Shown here: positions 9,086-17,775 of the stretch, piece by piece
Numbering within the stretch: position 1 is the first letter of the stretch
How the letters are laid out: each line of letters opens with the position of its first letter
Virus record (IMG/VR): IMGVR_UViG_3300022932_000095
Location: 1-54,784 of that record
Source: a virus
Taxonomy: Duplodnaviria > Caudoviricetes
Strand: one strand, 5' to 3'
Length of the DNA stretch: 54,784 nucleotides
Notes under the pieces: model-generated
Seen by the model: the letters and a program-made list of their open reading frames with translations, nothing else
What the model was told of the DNA's origin: nothing
Database searches by the model: none
Program-made: the position numbers and the translations under genes

Positions 9086-9522
9086 TGGCAAAAGAGGTAT
9101 CAGAGCGCATAAAATTAAACAACCCCGGGAATATTGATTTCTGGTATGGGCCCTATGCAAGTTTGGCGACTGCAAACATAGTAGTACCTAAATCAGTAAG
9201 ACAAGGTAAAACCGTATGTATTATGGCTACTGAGTACTGGTGGAGATACGGAGTAGAGGATTCTGATTTAACGCTAAAAAATTCAGGCGCAACAGATATA
9301 TCAGCATTGGTGTTTAACGAAATTCCTTCTGGCTTAATTAACGCCACTAATACCGAGTATACGACTGCGTCTTCATTCATACCAGAAAGTGTAGTCGTAA
9401 AATCTAATGGGATGACATTAAAACCTATAGACGAATACGTTACAATAGGAGACAATAAAATACAATTAACATTTTCACCGCAAATAGGTGAATTAATATT
9501 AGTAGACTATATAAAGGTATAA
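9085..9522 (+). CDS. Putative virion appendage protein
   Basis: C-terminal beta domain EIPSGLINATNTEYT..NG..DEYV..LVDY, shared with the next gene. Confidence 0.55.
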   Translation: MAKEVSERIKLNNPGNIDFWYGPYASLATANIVVPKSVRQGKTVCIMATEYWWRYGVEDSDLTLKNSGATDISALVFNEIPSGLINATNTEYTTASSFIPESVVVKSNGMTLKPIDEYVTIGDNKIQLTFSPQIGELILVDYIKV

Positions 9523-9525
9523 AAA

Positions 9526-10353
9526 ATGGCATCATCACAAATAAGGACGCGTCAAATTGCTGACGGAGCGATAACAAAAGAGAAAATACCAGCTGGAGCA
9601 GGAGTAGAGACATCTAAACTAGCTGACGGATCGTTATTTATTAAAAGTGATGGTTCTGTGTCTATGACAGGCACATTTAACGCCGGTAACTTTAACTTTA
9701 GCAATCTATTACAGGCTACACAAGCGGGTCAGGCAGTTGAGTATACACAATTACAAACCGCTTTATCGAATCTTAATAGCATGTTTTCGAGCAAGCAACC
9801 AGTCAGAGCTGCCTCTACTGCTAATGTGACTATAGCAACCCCGGGAACAACGATAGATGGGGTAACGCTGACGTCAGGTGACCGAATATTGCTTAAAGAT
9901 CAAACGACACCATCTCAGAACGGTATTTATGTGTTTAACGGCTCTACTTCTGCGCTAACAAGATCGACAGATTTTGATCAATGGACAGAAATACCTGGAG
10001 CTACAATTCCTGTCACGGAGGGAACAGTCAATGCGGATATTATATACCTATCAACTGCAAATGGAGGTGGTACTATTGGGACTACAGCGATTACGTTTCA
10101 ATCAGTAGGAGTCTCAGCTGGATTGCAAAATTCAAATTTTGTAGATAAAGAAATACCATCCGGTGCAATTAATGGTAGCAACACCACTTATACGTTAGCA
10201 AATACACCGGTATTGGGATCTGAGCACCTTTATTTGAATGGTGTTTTACAGGAAAGTGGATCAGGTAACGACTATACAATTTCAGGCGCAACAATCACGA
10301 TGCTAACAGCAATGTTATCAGGTGAAAAAATTAGAGTTAGCTACAGAAAATAA
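9526..10353 (+). CDS. Putative fibre / collar-type virion protein
   Basis: VRAASTANV..IDGVTL..GDRILLKDQT..QNGIYV domain seen in phage fibre proteins; C-terminal EIPSGAINGSNTTYT. Confidence 0.65.
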   Translation: MASSQIRTRQIADGAITKEKIPAGAGVETSKLADGSLFIKSDGSVSMTGTFNAGNFNFSNLLQATQAGQAVEYTQLQTALSNLNSMFSSKQPVRAASTANVTIATPGTTIDGVTLTSGDRILLKDQTTPSQNGIYVFNGSTSALTRSTDFDQWTEIPGATIPVTEGTVNADIIYLSTANGGGTIGTTAITFQSVGVSAGLQNSNFVDKEIPSGAINGSNTTYTLANTPVLGSEHLYLNGVLQESGSGNDYTISGATITMLTAMLSGEKIRVSYRK

Positions 10354-10357
10354 GGCT

Positions 10358-11014
10358 ATGGCAGCGACAAAAGTAGGCGACAGACAACTAACAGATTTCT
10401 ATACAGCGCCTGGTGAATTTACAGGAGACGGGACGACCGTAAATACAGCTTTCTCTATTGGAATAGTACCAGTGTCAAAAGGGGGGACTGGTGCAACAGC
10501 CAATACGGGGACAGGGAGTAATGTGCTGTCGACAAGTCCAGCCCTGGTAACTCCAAATATCGGGGTTGCAACCGCATCCTCACTGAATATTACCGGACTT
10601 ACAGCCTCTCAGGCTGTATTAACTGATGGGAGTAAAAATCTCGTATCGGTAGGGGCAACAGGAAGCGGTAATGTGGTCAGGGCAACGTCACCAACTTTAG
10701 TGACTCCTGCATTAGGAGCTGCAACAGCTACAACGCCTACAGCTAAAGACAGTTCCACTAAAGTAGCAACTACAGCTTTCGTAGGAAAGCAATTTACTAT
10801 CACAGCAAATGGAACGGGGTCAGCTACCACTATTTCTATAGCCCATGGGGTAAGTGGCGTAACTACTGCTTCATCTGTCATTGCTATAGCGAATAACGCA
10901 GCATCAGCAGGAATAAGCTACGTTACAGTTGACGCTACAAATGTGAATATATTTTATGCTACTGCACCAGTCAGTGGCACAGCTAATCTTTTATACACTA
11001 TATCTATTAAATAA
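10358..11014 (+). CDS. Putative Thr/Ala/Gly-rich fibre protein
   Basis: VSKGGTG, TGTGSNVLSTSPALVTP / TGSGNVVRATSPTLVTP repeats, DSSTKVATTAFV; start moved to ATG 10358. Confidence 0.65.
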   Translation: MAATKVGDRQLTDFYTAPGEFTGDGTTVNTAFSIGIVPVSKGGTGATANTGTGSNVLSTSPALVTPNIGVATASSLNITGLTASQAVLTDGSKNLVSVGATGSGNVVRATSPTLVTPALGAATATTPTAKDSSTKVATTAFVGKQFTITANGTGSATTISIAHGVSGVTTASSVIAIANNAASAGISYVTVDATNVNIFYATAPVSGTANLLYTISIK

Positions 11015-11475
11015 TGGGCACTAGCACAGCTTCGCAAACATTCGATACACTTTCAGATTTAAGGTCATCAACAGGAATCCCTAATGTCCAAGCCTTGCTT
11101 CTTGGCTTAAACGGTATAGCAGACGATAATGGCGGTATGTACAGATGGGACGCGCTAAACACATCAATAGACGACGGATTTAAAGTCGTTCAGGTGGCAG
11201 GGGTAGCAACAGGCAGATGGATGCGGGTTGGCAATAGCAATACTGTTAGGGGAACCGTCACATTTAGTGCTTTATCTTTGACTAGTTCTTATATGATAGC
11301 CCACGGGATTGGATTTATTCCGGCGCAAGTTTATATTCAGGCAAAATCTCCAAATGCAGCGGTTAATTCATGGGTTAACAATATTAACGCAACGACTTTT
11401 ACAGTTAACTTTGCTAGTGTTCCGGTTTTAGGCACAAATAACATCACGATAGACTGGCAAGCATTCAAGGTATGA
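11014..11475 (+). CDS. Putative virion appendage protein
   Basis: N-terminus like tailspike N-terminal domains (GGMYRWD..DDG..GRWMRV); C-terminus similar to that of 10358-11014. Confidence 0.55.
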   Translation: MGTSTASQTFDTLSDLRSSTGIPNVQALLLGLNGIADDNGGMYRWDALNTSIDDGFKVVQVAGVATGRWMRVGNSNTVRGTVTFSALSLTSSYMIAHGIGFIPAQVYIQAKSPNAAVNSWVNNINATTFTVNFASVPVLGTNNITIDWQAFKV

Positions 11476-12023
11476 GAAAGCCAAGAAATATAGTTTATAG
11501 TTCTACACCTAAAACAGTCAGGGTTAACCTTGATAATACTAATCCGAATATAGCTACCTGGAACAACTGGAAGAGCGGGGATAGCACTAAGGTTTTATAC
11601 GATACGACAGGAGCCGTAACTACGATTAAATTCGTAGAGGTTGATTCTATAGTAATTACTTTTGACACTGGATATATAACTCATGCTGTTAACGACCCTG
11701 ATTTTCCAGACGGAGTTCTTAATACTACGGGATATACCGCCCTTTCTGATACTAAGGGTTTTGAGATAAGAGGATTAAACCCGTCTAAAACATACACTTT
11801 TTCTTTGGCAACATATCCAAATACATTTGATATAACTTATGGAAGGACAAACCACGTACTTAATGGCGTAACAAAAGTCGCTCTGAATACTACTGATGCA
11901 ATATACAAGAATGTATTTAGTGGAGTAAATCCTTCTGCTGGGGGCGTTGTGACGCTTACTGTAGGCGGTATAGACTCTAGCAATTATGGTTTTTTATCTG
12001 CAATGATTATACAAGAAAATTAA
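11472..12023 (+). CDS. Putative carbohydrate-binding-like virion protein
   Basis: Beta-rich; WNNW, FPDGV, IRGLNPSKTYTF; ATGA-coupled within the structural operon. Confidence 0.5.
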   Translation: MRKPRNIVYSSTPKTVRVNLDNTNPNIATWNNWKSGDSTKVLYDTTGAVTTIKFVEVDSIVITFDTGYITHAVNDPDFPDGVLNTTGYTALSDTKGFEIRGLNPSKTYTFSLATYPNTFDITYGRTNHVLNGVTKVALNTTDAIYKNVFSGVNPSAGGVVTLTVGGIDSSNYGFLSAMIIQEN

Positions 12024-12024
12024 T

Positions 12025-12447
12025 ATGCCTGTAAAAATAAAAGGACTTGGGAATTTAAGATCTCAGCTTAAAGGCTTAGAAAAAGAAGCTAAAGCAGCGG
12101 TGAATTCCGGCATACAAAAAACAGCTAGACTTATACTGGCAGACGCACTATCAAGGGTTCCTGTTGATAAAGGTAAATTAAGGGCTTCAATGGGAATAGA
12201 ATCTATACCTGATGAAATGATTGCTAAGATATACGCAGCAGCACTATATTCCCCTTATCAGGAATTCGGAGCTGGGGCTTTTACAGAAGTGCCTAGCGGA
12301 TACGAAGCATACGCAATGGAATTTTTTGTTGATGGTACAGGAACCACAAAACCACAGCCTTTTTTATTTCCTGCCCTATTCGCTAATCAAGAAAAATTAC
12401 TACCTTTGATAGAAGCTGAATTAGTGAAATTATTAAAAAATGGTTAA
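12025..12447 (+). CDS. HK97 gp10-like neck / tail-completion protein
   Basis: IKGL..VPVDKGKLRAS..YSPYQEFG..PQPFLFPA. Confidence 0.88.
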   Translation: MPVKIKGLGNLRSQLKGLEKEAKAAVNSGIQKTARLILADALSRVPVDKGKLRASMGIESIPDEMIAKIYAAALYSPYQEFGAGAFTEVPSGYEAYAMEFFVDGTGTTKPQPFLFPALFANQEKLLPLIEAELVKLLKNG

Positions 12448-12856
12448 TCCGGACAAGCACATTAGACAGGCATATATTGATATATGCAATGATTTTATCC
12501 CAACATGGGAGGCTGGCGTACCTAAAGATATAATTTCACCTCCAATCACGTATGCGTTAATATCAAATCAAACCAGAAACCCAACAGAAAGAAGTAAGTG
12601 CGGGTACGAATGGTCATGTAGCATCACTGTAGACATTAACCACGTTAGAAGATTAGGATATTTCGGATCGGCAATAGTTGATGATATTGAGGAGAAAATA
12701 ATTAATATTATAGAATCTGATCAGCTTGTGGTTCCCGGGTTTATAGTGAAAGAGTCAAGATTCATACAGTCGCAGCCATTAACAGCATCTGACTCAACCC
12801 AGACGATCACTAGAAAGGTTATAGTTTATGAACATTGGCTAAATAACATAGACTAA
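12440..12856 (+). CDS. Tail terminator-like protein
   Basis: Position after gp10-like gene, size, ITRKVIVYEH C-terminus. Confidence 0.65.
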   Translation: MVNPDKHIRQAYIDICNDFIPTWEAGVPKDIISPPITYALISNQTRNPTERSKCGYEWSCSITVDINHVRRLGYFGSAIVDDIEEKIINIIESDQLVVPGFIVKESRFIQSQPLTASDSTQTITRKVIVYEHWLNNID

Positions 12857-13299
12857 TGAGGAACACTGTAAATATAGATATAATCAACATTTACTATAAC
12901 GGTGTAACGTCTACTATTAAATCAGAATGCACTTTAGAGTACAAAAATAAAGCCATTAAAGGCTCGTGTATAATGTCAGGGGTTAATAAAGATTATATAC
13001 CAGGTAATATAAAATGGGGTGTATATGTTAAGAATTGGTCGCCAAACACTGTAAACGATAAGTATATAATAGATTCTTATGAAAATGGTGAGACCATGCT
13101 AGTTGAGCTTAAATCTTATGTAGATAACAGTATGGAAGTTGTATTTTCTGGGTACGTTCTTAAGCATCCTACAGGTAAATCAAATAGTGGTATTTATCTT
13201 AACGGCATTGGGGTTTTAAACAACGGAATTTGTCATATTGAAAATGTAATTAACAGCATGATTATAGAATCTGGTATGCCTTTACTTAAAGTACAATGA
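12856..13299 (+). CDS. Divergent tail-tube-like protein
   Basis: CTLEY..KDYIPGNIKWGV..FSGYV..LNGIG aligns by eye with 19722-20231. Confidence 0.5.
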   Translation: MRNTVNIDIINIYYNGVTSTIKSECTLEYKNKAIKGSCIMSGVNKDYIPGNIKWGVYVKNWSPNTVNDKYIIDSYENGETMLVELKSYVDNSMEVVFSGYVLKHPTGKSNSGIYLNGIGVLNNGICHIENVINSMIIESGMPLLKVQ

Positions 13300-13658
13300 A
13301 CGGATCAGTATTCATAATAAACGAAAATGCGCTATATTGCAGTAATGACGCTGATATAACTACAGAAAGAGTATTGATTAAAAATGAGGAAGGTAAATCA
13401 ATATCATCTAAGCATACTGAAATAATAAGAGTCAATAATTTTATGATTATTAAAGGTGAATTAAGCAGAACCCAAAGTGTTTATTGTCAATTCATGTCCG
13501 AGGAAACAGATGAAGTCAAAACCTTTTCTGCTGATGTTTCTGCTTACACCGAAGATATGATAATATTAAATTTAAAAGCGTTAAATTTACATAATAAAGA
13601 GATAGCAGAAACAATTAAAAAAAAAATAAAGGAGGAAATAAGTAATGGCAGAAATTAA
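13296..13658 (+). CDS. Hypothetical structural-region protein
   Basis: Coupled ORF in the tail operon. Confidence 0.55.
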   Translation: MNGSVFIINENALYCSNDADITTERVLIKNEEGKSISSKHTEIIRVNNFMIIKGELSRTQSVYCQFMSEETDEVKTFSADVSAYTEDMIILNLKALNLHNKEIAETIKKKIKEEISNGRN

Positions 13659-14136
13659 TTCGGTTCCGGGTAGCGTAATAGGTATACGTTTAAAGGGTGT
13701 GGATGCATTAACACCGTCGGTATGGCTAAATTGCCAGGTCGACGCAACATTGGAAATATCAGTAGACACAGACGAAGATGATCCATGTAAACCATCGCCA
13801 ACAGACATAGGAACCTTAGGGGATATTCCGTGGGCTGAATTTACACCTAGCAAAAGAAACTGGAATATCAGTTTTTCTCAAAAATTAATGAGAAACAGCC
13901 TAGTTGCTTCAAATATTGATATATCTGATTTGATAATCACGGGCAAAGTATATGTTGAAGTAGAGTTTATGACCACGCCTGGACAAACAAAGAGCGATTA
14001 CGATTTTGTGTATTCAGGAACAGGTATATTAACCGGATTCACGCTTAATGCACCAGGTTCAGGGGCTTCAACATCTGATTCAACAATCCAGGGGACAGGC
14101 CCAATAACAAAAACAGTAGTACCCGTAACTTCATAG
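13645..14136 (+). CDS. Major tail tube protein
   Basis: CQVDATLEI..DPCK..RNWNISF..YSGTGILTGFTLNAP..TIQGTGPI; upstream of chaperones and tape measure. Confidence 0.8.
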   Translation: MAEINSVPGSVIGIRLKGVDALTPSVWLNCQVDATLEISVDTDEDDPCKPSPTDIGTLGDIPWAEFTPSKRNWNISFSQKLMRNSLVASNIDISDLIITGKVYVEVEFMTTPGQTKSDYDFVYSGTGILTGFTLNAPGSGASTSDSTIQGTGPITKTVVPVTS

Positions 14137-14138
14137 TT

Positions 14139-14315
14139 ATGATTGAAATAAAGTCAATAAATCCATTCTCAGGGGGTTATATAGTGAATTATACTGTATC
14201 AACCCCATGCGGGTGTTCTTTATCCCGGCATTCTTTGTATATGAAGCAGGCGAATGAACCAACAAAGGAAGATGCATTAAAGATAATACAGCATGAACTT
14301 AGAAATAAAAGGTAA
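14139..14315 (+). CDS. Hypothetical 58-aa protein
   Basis: Hand translation MIEIKSINPFSGGY..PCGCS..; fills the gap between tube and chaperone genes. Confidence 0.5.
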   Translation: MIEIKSINPFSGGYIVNYTVSTPCGCSLSRHSLYMKQANEPTKEDALKIIQHELRNKR

Positions 14316-14688
14316 TAAATACCCTCTTGTATGGGGAATGGGTGCTATAGAAGAATATTGTGACATGTTAGATTGTGATATTACTGATATAGATGCGCAT
14401 TTAACGTCTGATAAGGTAATAACCAAAATAAAGGCAATGAATAGTCTTACCTTTTGCGCTCTTAAAAACGGTTGTGAAAATAATTACCCTAAGATTGATT
14501 TTGATATAACTATGCATGACTTACGGGTATGGCTGGATGTACAACCTCAGGAGATAGCTAACAGCATAATTGAGGACTGGAAAAAGTCTTACTATTTCGG
14601 TAAAACTATAGCGGAATACTTCTTCGGAGAAATACCAGAAGATAAAGACAAAAGGGTTTCTAAAAAAAAACCTCTCTTGGAAAAGTAA
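14293..14688 (+). CDS. Tail assembly chaperone (gpG-like)
   Basis: Position; ends in an A9 slippery run (SKKK). Confidence 0.8.
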   Translation: MNLEIKGNKYPLVWGMGAIEEYCDMLDCDITDIDAHLTSDKVITKIKAMNSLTFCALKNGCENNYPKIDFDITMHDLRVWLDVQPQEIANSIIEDWKKSYYFGKTIAEYFFGEIPEDKDKRVSKKKPLLEK

Positions 14689-14993
14689 TATCGCTGTGTT
14701 ATGAAATGGGATTGAAACCATCAGAAGTAAACATGCTTACCATGAAGGAATTCAATCTGATGTTCACTGGATATCTAGCAAGGCAAGACAGGGAATGGAA
14801 CCGAACTAGGCACTTAATGAGTTATATCGCTAGTTTCGGTGGTATGGGTGCTAAAGATTTTGTAGACCCCAGAAGTATATGGGAATTACCTATAGATAGG
14901 GAGTATGAAAAGAAATATATAAAGACATTAAAACAATGTTTGGAATTAATTAACGAATTTGAAAAATCTATAAATGGCAAGATTAGAAATTGA
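14664..14993 (+). CDS. Tail assembly chaperone frameshift extension (gpT-like)
   Basis: -1 frame is open from 14664: KKTSLGKVISLCYEMGLKPSEVNMLTMKEF. Confidence 0.75.
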   Translation, partial: KKTSLGKVISLCYEMGLKPSEVNMLTMKEFNLMFTGYLARQDREWNRTRHLMSYIASFGGMGAKDFVDPRSIWELPIDREYEKKYIKTLKQCLELINEFEKSINGKIRN

Positions 14994-17703
14994 GCTGGCA
15001 GCGGTTGGTTTTGACAAGGTAGGCGGGCAAATTAACAATATATCAAGAGGTCTTGACCCGTTAAATTCGTCTATAAAATCAGTTTCTCTGTCACTTGAAA
15101 AAGCGAACGCCAACTCCCTAGAATTAGAGAAAGAACTAAAAAATCTAGCCATTCAGTTTTCATCGGGGGCCATAACGGCAGAAAAGTACGCTAATGAGCA
15201 AAAAGACATAAGCCTGGCTTTGTCTAGCACGAGGTCAGCAGCTCAGGGCTATCAGGCACAGTTAACCAGTCTTAATTCAACTCTTTCAAGAGGTGTGACT
15301 CAGACTGACATAGCTGGAAATTCTGTAAAAAAATTAGCTGGTTATCATTCTGATTTTTCAAAAGGCATACGTAGTTCTAATGGGGTTGCGATAGAGTTTA
15401 ATAGGATAATACAAGATGCTCCGTTTGGAATTCAAGGTATAGGGAATAATATTCAGCAACTAACTGCTAACTATCAGCAATACGCCACTCAATTAAAGGC
15501 AATAGCAGCCGAACAAGGACAAACCGTTTCTACCACGCAAATATTAAAAGGGGCTTTTGGATCTATACTCAGCCCTCTGAACCTTTTAACTTTAGGGGTT
15601 TCAGCTGTAACCGCTGGTTGGACAGCATATACTATGTGGTCTCAAAAAAGTACTAAAGCTACAAAAGATTCAGAATCTGCTACTTTATCATATATAGACA
15701 CACTTAAAGGTGCTGCCAGAGCTCAACTAGAAGGGACTCAAAACGCACAAAAAGACCTAACAACATTAAATTTATTATACAGCGCATACCAAAATATAAA
15801 CATTCCGTTAAAAGAAAGGCGTTCTGCATATCGACAATTGCAACAAGAATACCCTGATTATTTCAAAAACATAGATTTTGAAAGAACTGCCAGCGAAAAA
15901 ACTAAAAAAGCCTACGACGATTTAACGGGTAGCATATTAGCTACTGCAAGGGCGAGGGCAGCAGCGAACTTAATTACTAAAAACTCAGAAAGGCAGTTAG
16001 AGAATGAAAACAAGAATATAGCAATACAAAAAAAGCTAGATGAAGCGAGTTTAAAGCTAAAGAAGACACTAGGTAACGTAGGTGAACTTTCCGCATTCGG
16101 CAATGCAGGTGTAGGAGCTGCCCAAGGACAGGGTGTCGCAGCCCTTAAAGCAAGGAGCGAACTGGTTACCGCGCCACTGTTAAAGAAGCAGAATGATTTA
16201 AGGACAGACAGTAATCTATTAACTCAGCAAAATTTACAGTTACAAAAATCAGTTAACTCAGAGATATCTAAAGGCGCTACTTTAATAGACTTAAGTAATT
16301 CGAAGTCAGAAAAAACAAAAAAACAACCAGTAAACAGGGTAGAGTCTATTGTATCTAAATCAGATAGAAGCGCTGCATTAGCCGGCTTAACTGATGCGGA
16401 TAAAGAAACAGAAACTATCCGTCAAAAGTATATATCCCTATACAATGATCTTTCTGTAAATGCAAAAAAATCAGCATCTGCAAGAGCTACTTATGAGTCT
16501 GATTTAGCCAATATACAGAAAAATGAGGCTATAGAGATTTCGGCTGTAATTTCAGCAGAAAATAAAAGAGTGGCTAATGAACTAGTTAGAATACAAAATG
16601 AATCAGGCGTTGTTATCTCTCAAAATAGAGAAAAAGAACTGGCTCAGGTTCAGAAGAATTATGACGAAGAAATATTAAAAGCCAGAGATTCATCTGACAT
16701 AATAGCCAAAATAAATGAAGTAAGATTTGCTAAGATAAACGAGATAAATGATAAATATGATTCCATAAGAGTAGAGAACGAATCAAAGCTTTATAGCAAA
16801 ATACAAGATATATCAGATAAGAATTTTACAGTAAACTTAAATTCATCCAAAAGAATAAGCGACAAAAACAAGGAGATTTTAAACGAAAGACTTAAGGATG
16901 TATCTGAATATTTTGACAAGCTAAGGAAGCTTAATACAAATGGGGATCTTGGACAAATAGTCTTAGGTGTGGCTGAGAGCGGAATAAAAGACAACATAAA
17001 AAGCAAAGAAAAGGCTTCTAATAATCCAGATAAAGAAGCCTCTATAAAGGTGATATCTGATCTAGCTAGTGGCTTTGGAACTAGGTTTTTCCAAACTTTG
17101 TCTTCTATAAACCAGCAAGCTGATGCGTCGTTCAGCAGTATAATCACAGAGCTAGGGTCATCTTTAGGCGGTATGCTGAATGACGTGTTTTCGACCCAAC
17201 TAAGCACTATACTTAAAAAACTCGTTGAAGGAACAGGAGTCAGCGCAACCCAGGCCGTAGCAGCACTTGCAGGAGTTGCAGGCGGGCTGGTATCAGGAAT
17301 AACACCTAAAACAAGTTATGCTGGTCAAGCAGCTGGCGGGGCTTTGACTGGAGCGGGAAGCGGTGCATTAATAGGTACCGGTTTCGGCCCTGCTGGCACA
17401 GTCATCGGTGCTATAGCCGGTGGCCTGATTGGAGCTATAGGAGGTATATTTGGAGCAAGCAAAGCAAGAAAACAAGAGGAGCTCCAAAGGAAGCAATTAG
17501 AGGAACAGCAAAAGCAAACTAAATTATTAGAAAGGCAAAATGCTTTGGCTTACACATCATCTATCATTGGTAGAATGACTACTGCTGGGGTGGTAACCGG
17601 TGTTGAGATTAATGAATTTGGGGCTGTAAGCACTAAAATAGCAGGCAACGACCTTGTTATACTGTTCGATAGAGTTGACACCGCCAGGAAAAGAGGAAGA
17701 TAG
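14974..17703 (+). CDS. Tape measure protein
   Basis: 909 aa, helical; IIQDAPFGIQGIGNNIQQL; Gly/Ala-rich hydrophobic C-terminal segment. Confidence 0.9.
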   Translation: MARLEIELAAVGFDKVGGQINNISRGLDPLNSSIKSVSLSLEKANANSLELEKELKNLAIQFSSGAITAEKYANEQKDISLALSSTRSAAQGYQAQLTSLNSTLSRGVTQTDIAGNSVKKLAGYHSDFSKGIRSSNGVAIEFNRIIQDAPFGIQGIGNNIQQLTANYQQYATQLKAIAAEQGQTVSTTQILKGAFGSILSPLNLLTLGVSAVTAGWTAYTMWSQKSTKATKDSESATLSYIDTLKGAARAQLEGTQNAQKDLTTLNLLYSAYQNINIPLKERRSAYRQLQQEYPDYFKNIDFERTASEKTKKAYDDLTGSILATARARAAANLITKNSERQLENENKNIAIQKKLDEASLKLKKTLGNVGELSAFGNAGVGAAQGQGVAALKARSELVTAPLLKKQNDLRTDSNLLTQQNLQLQKSVNSEISKGATLIDLSNSKSEKTKKQPVNRVESIVSKSDRSAALAGLTDADKETETIRQKYISLYNDLSVNAKKSASARATYESDLANIQKNEAIEISAVISAENKRVANELVRIQNESGVVISQNREKELAQVQKNYDEEILKARDSSDIIAKINEVRFAKINEINDKYDSIRVENESKLYSKIQDISDKNFTVNLNSSKRISDKNKEILNERLKDVSEYFDKLRKLNTNGDLGQIVLGVAESGIKDNIKSKEKASNNPDKEASIKVISDLASGFGTRFFQTLSSINQQADASFSSIITELGSSLGGMLNDVFSTQLSTILKKLVEGTGVSATQAVAALAGVAGGLVSGITPKTSYAGQAAGGALTGAGSGALIGTGFGPAGTVIGAIAGGLIGAIGGIFGASKARKQEELQRKQLEEQQKQTKLLERQNALAYTSSIIGRMTTAGVVTGVEINEFGAVSTKIAGNDLVILFDRVDTARKRGR

Positions 17704-17719
17704 AAATACATCAATTTTT

Positions 17720-17757
17720 AAAACCTTGTTTAAGCTCACAAATAAACAGGGTTTTTA
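17720..17757 (+). terminator. Intrinsic terminator after tape measure, followed by TAnnTTTG box (17760-17767)
   Basis: AAAACCTTGTTTA..TAAACAGGGTTTTT. Confidence 0.6.
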
Positions 17758-17775
17758 TTTATATTTGCTTTTAAC

